Positions 38,005 to 47,067 of a DNA stretch of 64,000 bases are shown in pieces (within the stretch, counting starts at the first letter, position 1; every line of letters starts with the position of its first letter). A model generated the notes under the pieces. It searched no databases and was not told where the DNA came from. It saw only the letters and a list, made by a program, of their open reading frames with translations. Source of the stretch: Cyanidioschyzon merolae (Eukaryota); assembly GCA_000091205.1 (NCBI GenBank), contig AP006502.2; one strand, 5' to 3'. Made by a program: the position numbers and the translations under genes.

Positions 38005-39440
38005 TATACTCTGGATCCTAGTCGAATTGTTTGTAAAATGGATTCTTTATTGAATAGTGCACGGAGGACGGCATTCTACATTCAGGTCAGTCTTACGTCT
38101 ACCCTCAGATGGTTGACGAGCACTAAAAGAGAAAAGTACATGCGCTCCGCGTCAAAAACCGACAGTCTCAAAGAGTTCTTGCGTTCAATGATAGAAAATG
38201 ATTCGTTGATCATCGAACTGAAAGCAATAAGCGGCGAGTACAGCCACCGCCGGTATCTATCTTTCTAAACAGCTTGCTCCTTTAGCCCTGAATACACTGG
38301 GATACAGTGGGAAAAAGGTCCTAGTTCACGCACGGCCATCTTGCACGGAAATCCCAACGATTACAACGTTCCTGGAACTCAGCGACCGGTTTGAAACACA
38401 AGGACATCGGTTTGTTTTTTAAGACGGCGAGGCCTCATTCGGATGAAACGGTCGGAGCTTATATGCGTACTCGCCGAGCATGCATCCCGTTTTATATACA
38501 ATCGAACTCGAGGGGAATGAGGACATCATCTTCCGTTCAAGCCGCAGTGGACTCATTTGGCGGCTACAGTTTCGCTTATAGAGAAAGCGTATTCAACAGC
38601 ACCAACCACCTTGTCGAATCATGGAAGACTTGTTCGCTGACGCCTGGCGACGCTCTCCTAGTGATCAACTTGGTAGTTCACAATCCCCGCTGCGTCCCCG
38701 CTTTCGTGGATACTATTGAGGTAGAGCTGCTTTTCATTCCAGCGTACTCTTCGAGCTTAAATCGTATCGAAAGGAGTGTTTTCGCTCGTGACACGTAATG
38801 ATCACCTCAGAAGGCGAATCGCTGAAGCGCTTAGCACACATTGATACCGGGAGACATGTCGCCTTTCCCCTGCAAGTCCTTCTCCATCCGGAAGGTTCTC
38901 GCCTTAATGCATAAAGAAGTGAGTTCATTTGAATGAAAAATTCATGGGAACGGTATAGCCATGCAAGTCAAGGATCACGGGAGGCCGCTGTCGCCGGGTA
39001 CCTCGAAAAACGGAAAAATCCTAGGCTCGCCGACTATCGATCGAAAAAGGGTATCTGACGACGACGACAACGACGACAACGACGACAACGACAACGACCA
39101 AGAAGAAGAATAGAGGCGATAGACGAGAATAGACGTTCGCCCGACGTGACAATGCCGAGACTGAAACGACACAGAGGGCACGAGTTCCACCTATGCTCCC
39201 AGTGGTGCATTCCACCGGCGGCAATAAACACATAGAGCTCGTGGACCGGGACTTCAACGCTGCCATCAATATCAGACGACTTGTGGCGCTGAAGACGAGA
39301 CCCGCGGAGCTGACACGATCTAACTTTGCGGGGCAGCCTCTCAGGCTCGAAATGTGCTTGGATATACTGAAACTGATTGCAGGCGGCGAGGCGAAAAGGC
39401 TGGACGTCGTCTGCGACTAGGTTAACAAACTTACCCTCTA
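38005..39440 (+). mobile_element. composite non-autonomous element (copy X-D): Tc1/mariner-like terminus plus DDE-transposase remnant, joined to the 3' fragment of a TnpB/Fanzor-like gene
   Basis: The 5' end CAGTGTATACTCTGG is the inverted complement of the conserved 3' terminus of the TnpB-like copies. Frameshifted ORFs 38002..38268 and 38391..38798 retain ...LLFIPAYSSSLNRIERSV. This resembles the FLPPYSPDLNPIE third-acid-residue block of Tc1/mariner/IS630 DDE transposases. ORF 39193..39420 encodes ...HIELVDRDFNAAINIRR..., a TnpB RuvC-III motif. The whole arrangement is duplicated at 50476..51860. Confidence 0.6.
39057..39110. repeat. (GAC)n/(GACGACAAC)n microsatellite followed by (GAA)3, inserted inside the X-D element
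   Basis: The run gacgacgacaacgacgacaacgacgacaacgacaacgac is read from the sequence. It is absent from the paralogous copy Y-E. Confidence 0.8.
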
Positions 39441-39518
39441 TAGTTGTGAAATGTTTATCATTTTGCAGATTATAGTTAGGCGTATGTTCGCTGAACGCCA
39501 TTCTACAGACAAACGACG

Positions 39519-40480
39519 CCAGCAGTGTACAGTAGTGGCGAGAAGCCCGCCCTAGACGAAACGTCTCCAACTGACGTGCAGACGCCTCCCCGTCATTTTG
39601 GACCGGCCACCCAATACTGCCTCCAACTTTTTCTCATGTAGTTCGAGTTTGAGAAGTTGTCCAACAAAGTTCTCTCGTGTGAGTTCCGGAGGTCTCATCT
39701 CCAGCACCGCACATCTACTTATATTGATAGCGGCGTTAAAGTCTCGGTTCACGAACTCCACCCGTTTCTTGCCACTGATCGGACTAATTAATGCGAGTAG
39801 TCCACGAACGTTCGCCCTCCTTTCCATTTGCTCCTCCGTCAGCGGTCCGTACTTTGCTATTTCCTCAGGGCTCCTCTGGCGCTTCTCCATCTCGACCCTT
39901 TGAAGTGTGCACCCCAGTTCATGGTGTGTATACGATGTTCGGAACTCATCTATCGGGGTTGTAACGAACCGCCATGCGCACTCCTTGTACGTTCTTGTCG
40001 TTGGAGCTGGCATAGTCCCTTTTTGGGTCTTCCATCGCCCTGCTCCGCACGCTACTATCAGCCTCTGACTTTGATTCTCTTTGAGGGCACTCAACTGATT
40101 GAAAAAGTCCGCGAACGCCCGCTCCCTCTACCCGTATGGATTCATACGCAGACGAGCCAACCGAGGCTTCGTATACTCCTCCCAGAGCGCATCCCAATGC
40201 GCAACGCGAACATCCATGAATTTTCGAAAAGCTTCAAAGTCCGCTCCTCGGCTCGTGACCTCGCTCAAAGCTGCCAGGTGATCCTTCATTCCTGAATTCC
40301 AATTCTCGATTTTCTTCCTCGCATTCATTATACCGGATTCTCGATCGTATTTGGCTCTCGAGAACCTCAAAAGACGCATGTCTTTCCGACGCAAATTACC
40401 GTCAGTGCCATCTTCCGAACGCTCCGGGCCTGCACCTTAGAGATATTCGGCGCCAGTTTGCCTCAGCTGGGCATGCTCTG
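39519..40480 (-). mobile_element. TnpB/Fanzor-like element copy A, 5'-truncated; conserved 3' terminal region ending ...CGCCACTACTGTACACTGCTG
   Basis: ORFs 40128..40394 and 39552..40094 sit in the same frame, separated by a single TAG. Together they encode ...RESGIMNARKKIENW..YKECAWRFVTTPIDEFRTSYTHHELGC...VEFVNRDFNAAINI. This matches the C-terminal half of TnpB (the (V)xVxP..TSxxC zinc-finger region, then RuvC-III D-x-NAA-x-NI). Homology to copy B stops near 40470, just before the 3' end of the SET gene. Confidence 0.65.
39552..40394 (-). pseudogene. TnpB/Fanzor-like RuvC nuclease pseudogene (copy A): in-frame TAG and missing N-terminus
   Basis: I translated the junction by hand: ...RLRMNPYG, then TAG, then RERAFADFFNQLSALKENQSQRLIVACGAGRW... 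continue in one frame. The stop falls in the segment that aligns to TnpB RuvC-II (IVIEDLNVAGMLRNRRLARAI). Confidence 0.6.
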
Positions 40481-40498
40481 CTGCGTTTTGTGACGGAT

Positions 40499-41917
40499 TC
40501 ACCGCTCCGCCGATACACCACTGTTCGTCGCATGCCCAGAGTGCTGAGGATGGGCATGCCCGAGCTGCTGCAGCGCACGCTCCAGAATACGCTTCTTTCC
40601 TATGCGAAAGCGCCGCGCCAGCTCCAATCGCTGGTTGCTCGGCTGCCATTGCTCATCCTCAGTGAGCGTCGTCGGCTTGCGCGCGAGCTCTTCGCGAATC
40701 AGTGCTATCAGACCAGTCGCCGAGAGGTGTTGGACCGACTCTGGATTGCGCACGCGGCCTGTCGCATCGAAAACGATCGTCGTCTCTGAGGCATCGTCCC
40801 AGAGCTTGTACGTGTCGTGCGGGTTATCCTCTTCCACGAATCCGTACAAAGCCAAAAGTTCATCGTTGGTCAAAGTGCCGTACGATATGAAGACCTGATC
40901 GCCTGCATGCGTGTCTCGATTGCTTATGCTGAGCGAAAAAGCATCATAAAAGTACTCATAAGCGACCTTCGATTGGACGCGAGAAGAATGATTGAAGAGA
41001 TCAATGAAAGGTGCAATGACATACTTCTTCAACGGTGCACCCTGCATGGACTGATAAATGCGCGGGTACAGCGCGTCAAATACGAGCTGCGACAAGACCA
41101 CCACCAGAAAGACGTTCAGTGCTGCGAACGCGTCCATGAGATGAAAGTTCCAGCTCGCTAGGGAAAGTGCCCCAGCGAAACACGCCTGACGCCAGCGTTC
41201 ACCGAATGGCGTCGTCTCGGAGGGTCCGCTGAATGCGCGCGTGACAACGACGTTCAACGCCCACTGAAAGTCCTGTTCGCTGAATAAACCTCCTCGCACT
41301 TTCAAATCGATTCCGCCTCGTTCGAATGTCTGCCGCACGAACCGACCATAGAGATCCTTCCATTTTCGTTCCTGCTCGCTGATAGCCCGCAAAAGACAAT
41401 CATACTGGAGCTCCCGACGTTCTGCATCTGTCCAGTACAGAGGCCGCTCGTCAAATGTTGTCGGCAAGAGACGGAACCAGGGCGAAAGTGTGCAGTTAGA
41501 CGCCGATACTTTGGCAGGGCCTCGACGCTGGTTTGGCCGGATCTCCCAGCGCTTTAATTTGCGACGCAAGACAAGAGTCTCTAGCTTTCGAGCAGACTCA
41601 GGATCTGCTTTGTACCGCTCGAAAAGCAACAGAAGCGCGAGACGAGCGTACCAAGGCGCCTGCTTCCAGAACATGGGCGCGCAGACCTCTTCTGGCAGAG
41701 GACAACCTCGTCCGCTATCATCGGAGCGGGTCTGCAACGCCAGAAACCCCGGCACTCGAGCGAGAATCGAACCTGCAGGCAAGGCGGTTTCAGCTCTGAG
41801 GCCGCGTAGGTGCTCGCGGCCAAAGTGCGCAATGCTGAGTTCAGCGGTTTCAATGCCGGCGCCTTTTGCCCACTCCATAAAGCCGACCTCTATGCTATGA
41901 TCATTCAGCGTTGTCAT
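40499..41917 (-). CDS. SET-domain protein-lysine N-methyltransferase, SETD3/SETD6/Rubisco-LSMT-like
   Basis: The ORF is open up to 42634, but the SET-family N-terminus (MTTLNDHSIEVGFMEWAKGAGIE...GRGL-type start) begins at the ATG near 41917. The C-terminal part holds IAPFIDLFNHSSRVQSKVAYEY and VFISYGTLTNDELLALYGF, which are the SETD3/6 and LSMT hallmarks. The upstream 240 codons of open frame are most likely non-coding 5' region. Confidence 0.8.
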   Translation of the reverse strand: MTTLNDHSIEVGFMEWAKGAGIETAELSIAHFGREHLRGLRAETALPAGSILARVPGFLALQTRSDDSGRGCPLPEEVCAPMFWKQAPWYARLALLLLFERYKADPESARKLETLVLRRKLKRWEIRPNQRRGPAKVSASNCTLSPWFRLLPTTFDERPLYWTDAERRELQYDCLLRAISEQERKWKDLYGRFVRQTFERGGIDLKVRGGLFSEQDFQWALNVVVTRAFSGPSETTPFGERWRQACFAGALSLASWNFHLMDAFAALNVFLVVVLSQLVFDALYPRIYQSMQGAPLKKYVIAPFIDLFNHSSRVQSKVAYEYFYDAFSLSISNRDTHAGDQVFISYGTLTNDELLALYGFVEEDNPHDTYKLWDDASETTIVFDATGRVRNPESVQHLSATGLIALIREELARKPTTLTEDEQWQPSNQRLELARRFRIGKKRILERALQQLGHAHPQHSGHATNSGVSAER

Positions 41918-42609
41918 ATCTAGCTGTGGCGAATGCCTCGTGGCTTCCCTGGTCCATGTATTCTGCTGGGGTTCCTCGCCCGCTGTACTCCTTTGGTGCT
42001 CGCGCGTGTTGCAGTGTTCGCCGCTTTTTTCTTCGCCCAGCTCTCCCTCTCGAGATAGCGTCGCACGCACGCTGGACCGGAAACGAGTCATCAACCGATT
42101 ACACGGAGAGAGGGCCGGTCCGCTGCACACGGACAACGCCACCGGGCACCGTTGCTGCCACACGGTCGACGGCAGCAGCCACGCAACGGTCATCTGGTCT
42201 GGTTCAGCTCTACCAGAAAACAAAAGCATAGTCCCAGTGAGTGACAACTGATCCGACGCAGCCTCACTCGAAGACGCAATCACACGCGCACCTCGCAAAA
42301 AGCAGAACCGTTCAGTGGACGACAATTTCGGAACGTCGCAGGTCACTGCGAAGCTATGATGCGCTGTGCCGCTGCGCTCCAGAGTTGCAAACACTCGCCC
42401 GTTCTTTCGGGGCGCAGCGTAGCCCGGTGCTCCAGTGTGCTTCCAGAGGTCCTTCTTGTACGTCTGAAACGTTTCTACGAAACCACTGAACAGCTTTCTA
42501 TCGTCCAACACGAAACTCAGGAGCTTCAGTCCTTGAGCGAACGAGCATGAGCTTCGTGCTCGCGAGCAGTTCGAGATAGGACGTTTTGGATCAAACGAGG
42601 ATCCGTCGC

Positions 42610-43829
42610 TGAGTTCGCGCACCCCTGGAAGCAAACGCCTTTCGAAAGTCGAACAACAGCGGTGTACAGTAGTGGCGGCAAACGCGCCCTAGACAAGAAG
42701 TCTCCAACCGAGATGCAGACGCCTCCCAGGTTTTTTTCGACCGGCCACCCACTACTGCTTCCAATCTTGTCTCATATAGCTCGACTTTGAGAGGTTGTCC
42801 AACAAAGTCCTCTCTTGTCCACTCTGGAGGTCTCGTCTCCAGCACCGCATATTTCCTTATATTGATTGCGGCGTTATAGTCACGATTCACAAACTCCATA
42901 CGTTTCGTGCCATTGATTGTAATTAATAATGCGAGTAGCCCTCGCACTTTCTTCCTTCTTTGCATTTGCTCTTCCGTCAGCGGTCCGTATTTTGCTATAT
43001 CCTCAGGGCTCCTCTGGCACTTTTCCATCTCCACTCTCTGAAGTGTACAACCCAGCTCATAGTGTATATACGATGTTCGGAACTCATCTACAGGTATGGT
43101 AACAAAACGCCTTGCGCACTCTTTGTATGTTCTTGTCGTTGGAGCTGGCGTAGCTCCTTTTTGGGTCTTCCAGCGCACCGCCCCATACGCTACTACGAGC
43201 CTTTGATTTCATTCTCCTTCAGGGCACTCAACCCATTGAAAAAGTTGGCAAACGCCCGCTACCTCCCACCGTATAGATTCATACGCAAACGAGCCCACCG
43301 GGGCTTGGTATACTCCTCCCATAGCGCCTCCCAGTGAGCAACACGAACTTCTATGAATTTCCGAAAAGCTTTAAAGTCCGCTCCTCGGCTCGTCACCTCG
43401 CTCAAAGCTTCCAGGTGCTCTTTCATTCCTGAGTTCCAAGTCTCGATTTTCTTCCTCGCATTCATAATACCGGATTCTCGATAGTATCTTGCTCTCGAGA
43501 GCCTCAAAAGACGCATGTCTTTCTGACGTAAGTTACCATCAGTCCCATCTTCCGCACACTTTGGTACAGCGATGGTTATGATGTTCGTATTCCCAGGGTC
43601 CGCGCCAACGACAAAGTCGTTATCCTGCACCTCCTGCATCGCAAGATCCGCACCCTTCTCATCTACATCCTTCGCCGAGCCGTCTACAAGGTTGTACTTT
43701 TCCACTTCCTGCGTCGCAGGATCCGCATCCTTATCATCTACATCCTTCGCCGAGCCGTCTACAAGGTCGTCATCCTCCACTTCCTTCGTCGCAGGATCCG
43801 CATCCTTCTCATCTATATTCTTCGCCACG
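42610..43829 (-). mobile_element. TnpB/Fanzor-like element copy B, the most complete copy, frameshifted; it forms the left arm of a head-to-head palindrome with copy C
   Basis: ORF 43259..43828 encodes acidic 25-aa repeats, then FVVGADPGNTNIITIAVPK (a RuvC-I GxDxG motif) and RLLRLSRARYYRESGIMNARKKIETWNSG. ORF 42591..43178 encodes ...RWKTQKG..YKECARRFVTIPVDEFRTSYIHYELGC...MEFVNRDYNAAINI. A 1-nt deletion relative to copy A sits between them, giving tcgtagtag. The conserved 3' tail cgccactactgtacaccgctg lies at ~42656. Confidence 0.65.
43610..43829. repeat. 75-bp tandem repeat, ~2.7 copies, encoding the acidic 25-aa repeats at the N-terminus of TnpB-like copy B
   Basis: The unit atccttcgccgagccgtctacaaggtNgtNNtNNtccacttcctNcgtcgcaggatccgcatccttNtcatctac is read directly from the sequence. 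The protein repeat is VDGSAKDVDDKDADPATQEVEKYNL. Confidence 0.75.
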
Positions 43830-44880
43830 GGCGAAGCCGAGGACGGACCAGGAGGCGAGCCCGACGGCGCTGGAGGCGCAGAAGAACGCGTTTGCCGTTG
43901 GCGTGGACTCTGCGAACACGAACATCGTTACCATTGCAGCACCCAAGCGTGAGGAAGATGGCTCTGTCGGCAACTTATGTCAGAAAGACATAAGACTGTT
44001 GAAGCTCTCATGAGCGAGATATTACCGAGAATCCGGTATAATGAATGCGACGAAGAAAAGTGAGACATCGAATTCAGGGGTTAAGTGAATTTGGAAGCGA
44101 TCAGCCGGGTGACGAGCCGCGGAGCCGATATTTAAGCGTTTCCAGAGGCTATGAGCACTCACGCATCTGAAGTCGAGAGCCTTTGGAAAGAATGCACAAA
44201 GTTCAGGTGGGCTCGTCTGCGTATGAACCTGTACTGTAGGAAGCAGCGAGCATACGCCAGCTTTTTCATTCAATTGAGCGCCCTCAAGGAGGACAGGAGC
44301 CAAAGGCTCGTAGTAGCATACGGGGCAGGTCGATGGATCACCCAAAAAGGGTGTACACCAGCCTCCAACGACAAGAACGTACAAGGAGTGCGCACACCGT
44401 TATGTCAAAACACCTTTAGATGAGTTTCGAACATCTTCTACACACCACGAGCTGTGTTGTACACTTCAGAGGGTCGCGATGGAGAAAAGCCAGCGGCTCG
44501 CTGACGGAAATGCAAATGGCAAGGAGGGCGAAACTTCGAGGACTACTCGCTTTGGTTAATAAAACTAATGATAGGAAGAAACGAATAGAGTTCCTGGACT
44601 GAGACTTTAACGCCGCCATCAGTATAAGGAAATGTGCAGTACTGGAAAGAAGACCCCCGGAGTTGGCGAGAGCCAACTTTGCGAGGCAACCTCCCAAAAT
44701 GGAGTGATACGAGAAGAAGTTGAAACCAGTAGTAGGTGGCCAGTTGCGGAACGCCGGCACAGGCGTCTGCACATCATTGGGTAGACAATCGGTCTACGAC
44801 GGACGGTGTGAGAAACGCCACTCCTGTACACTGGCTTTCCAGCGTTTCTCTTTTGCAAGGCGTTTGGTGGTGTTTCCAGA
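43830..44880 (+). mobile_element. TnpB/Fanzor-like element copy C, heavily degenerate, inverted relative to copy B and abutting it head-to-head
   Basis: Conceptual plus-strand translation from 43831 gives AKPRTDQEASPTALEAQKNAFAVGVDSANTNIVTIAAPKREEDGSVGNLCQKDIRLLKLS*ARYYRESGIMNATKK..., which parallels copy B. ORF 44151..44423 contains LSALKEDRSQRLVVAYGAGRWITQKG. Downstream lies DFNAAISIRKCAVLERRPPELARANF. The 3' tail ...aaacgccactcctgtacactgg lies at ~44815-44838. Confidence 0.6.
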
Positions 44881-45103
44881 GGCGAATTGTTTATCAAAAA
44901 CGTCTTCTATCGATCTTCGAAACCAACGTGCTGCTTCCTCTGTGCGGCACGGGGCGTACGCTATGCGCTTTTCTGCTGATTGACAGCGGAAGCGACGAGT
45001 CCGGTTACTGCCTTGAAGACTTAGACGCTTTGGAGAGACCATCACGTGGATTGTTTCAGTTTTCTGACCTCCTCCTAACCACCACGCTCGGCTCTCTGTT
45101 GCA

Positions 45104-46073
45104 ATGGCACGCGCAGCAGCTCTCATGGCAGCCAAAGCTGAACCCGGGCATCGAGAGAGTGGAAAGCTGCATCAAAGGTGGCGCAAAGCCAAGGAAGCCG
45201 GTCATCTAAGCAAGCTTGCATCGCCTGCAGAGCTGCGAGCACTCGTCCAAGCGAAACTGACACCCGAGGAGCAAGAGCGTTTCGGGATGCAGTGTGCAGG
45301 GCTGGCCGCCAAGGCACTTGAGGTACTCGACAAGTCGCTTACATCTTTAGAGCAAGACATAGAGAGCGAGTCGTGTGACTGGGAAATAGAATCGGACGCT
45401 GCTATGGACCGTGTTGCGAGACGATTCCTTGCCGATCTCGAACAGCTAAAGCAGACTGGCAGCACGCGTCGACTCACCCAACTCAGTATTTGGCGTCGCA
45501 TCAGTCGCTATGTCTTACTGGCGGAAAGGCGAGCATGAACTGCAGGCTGAAGGCAGTCCTTTTGTGAGGCAAGTCGCGAAGATCGCGGACCAGGCATCCA
45601 AGACTCCGGAATACCGCCAGGTCGTTGCCTGCGGGCATCTGGAAGAGCTCGCAGATGCGGCAACTGCAGATGGTGTATTCGGTTCGCAGTCGCGGTCGAT
45701 GTCACGTATCTTACGTCGCCCAGAAAGTCGGTTTCGACTCTTGCTCACGAAACTAGAGCTTGGTGAGGAGCTCTGCACACGCGACGAGCGGCGTTTGATG
45801 CTGGCATTGGATACCTCTGATGCGAGACTTGAACCCGAACGCATGCGCTCGAAGAAGAGGGCACCTGGTGGAGCGCAGGATGGCGCCTCTGCAAAGCGCG
45901 ACCACGGGAGGTCTGCATCCGTTTCGTCGTCGTCGTCGTCGTCGTCGTTAGAGCCAGAGCACGAGGACGACGTGCACCCAGCGGCCAAGAACGCGTCTTC
46001 CGCGAGAAAGAAAAGACGACATCATCGGCGACGATCATCCAACAAAAACGAAACCCTGGAGAATCCTCAGTAA
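45104..46073 (+). CDS. hypothetical basic/Ser-rich, probably nuclear protein, encoded as two overlapping ORFs (45104..45538 and 45510..46073, different frames)
   Basis: Both ORFs begin with genuine ATGs. The second ends in a KKRRHHRRRSS basic cluster preceded by a poly-Ser run encoded by (TCG)n. The 29-nt overlap suggests either a short intron, a frameshift or two separate genes. No domain was recognised. Confidence 0.3.
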
Positions 46074-47067
46074 GCTAGCATTTGAGCGAGATTGCTGCCG
46101 AATCATCGCCGTGCCCTGGCCCTGTGGATATCGCATGATGCATCGTTTACAGCGTTTCACCCATGATACCGGGTGGTGATTATCGCCGCCGGAATACCTC
46201 AGGAATAGATCGCGGATCGTTGGAGGCTACGCTCGCGTCCATCGCGTGTACCATGTGCTGCAAAAGTGGTGCTTGTCTGCAGCTCCACAAAGAGCACATG
46301 ATCGCGTGCTGTGCTGCGAGCACCACGGCGCCGGCCTCTGTCGGCAAACGCGCTCAAAGGCGTACTCGCGACAAGCATGAATTCAGCAGGAATATTGGCG
46401 CTGGTTGAGGCACTACGACTGACTATCGAGAGACCAGTCTCAGCAACCGCAGCATGCGTCGATCACTGGGGCGCAGCTTAAACTCCAGCAGCGATGCGGC
46501 CGTGTCAGAGCCAGACCTGCAGACTAGTGGACAGAGCGCAGCATGCCTCATTCTGGATTTCGCAGAAGTACCCGCCAGAGACGCTTTTCAGGGTAGCCAG
46601 TGGCGGATCGCGTCTATTTCGCTACCGGGAATTCGGACGGATTCCGCGTCCAGTCGACCGGGGACGGTTCACGCTTTCCACTCGGACGTCAACGCGTTTC
46701 ACTTTGGCGATGAAGGTGCTGCATTCATCCACCGACCAGTCTGCATGACGATTCGACGAACATGGGGCGGAACCTTTGATGCATACCTCTGGAGCATGAT
46801 TCGCAGAGGTGTACTTTTTTGCAGGTCGTCGAGGTGGAGCGTGTGGCGAGAGCCACATATTTGAGCGACCTCGCACCGGGCGTGATCCAAGACACCATTC
46901 GGCTGATGCTCAAGCGTGCCTCGCGTACCCGACATGTCGTTGCTCACCTTCGTGATGCTGGTGTGCTTCTGTGGGTAGCGCACTTGCGCCCGTTTGCGAA
47001 GCGTAGCGGACCTTGAGGACAAGTGGCACGCTCCAGCAGCCATGCGCTTGCATAGGTCATGCATTCA

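Noticed and set aside
41918-42634. N-terminal 239 codons of the 716-aa ORF containing the SET domain
   Set aside because: The recognisable SET-family N-terminus starts at the internal ATG near 41917. The upstream residues are low-complexity and feature-poor. They are most likely the 5' UTR or promoter that happens to be open. A longer isoform cannot be excluded without transcript data.
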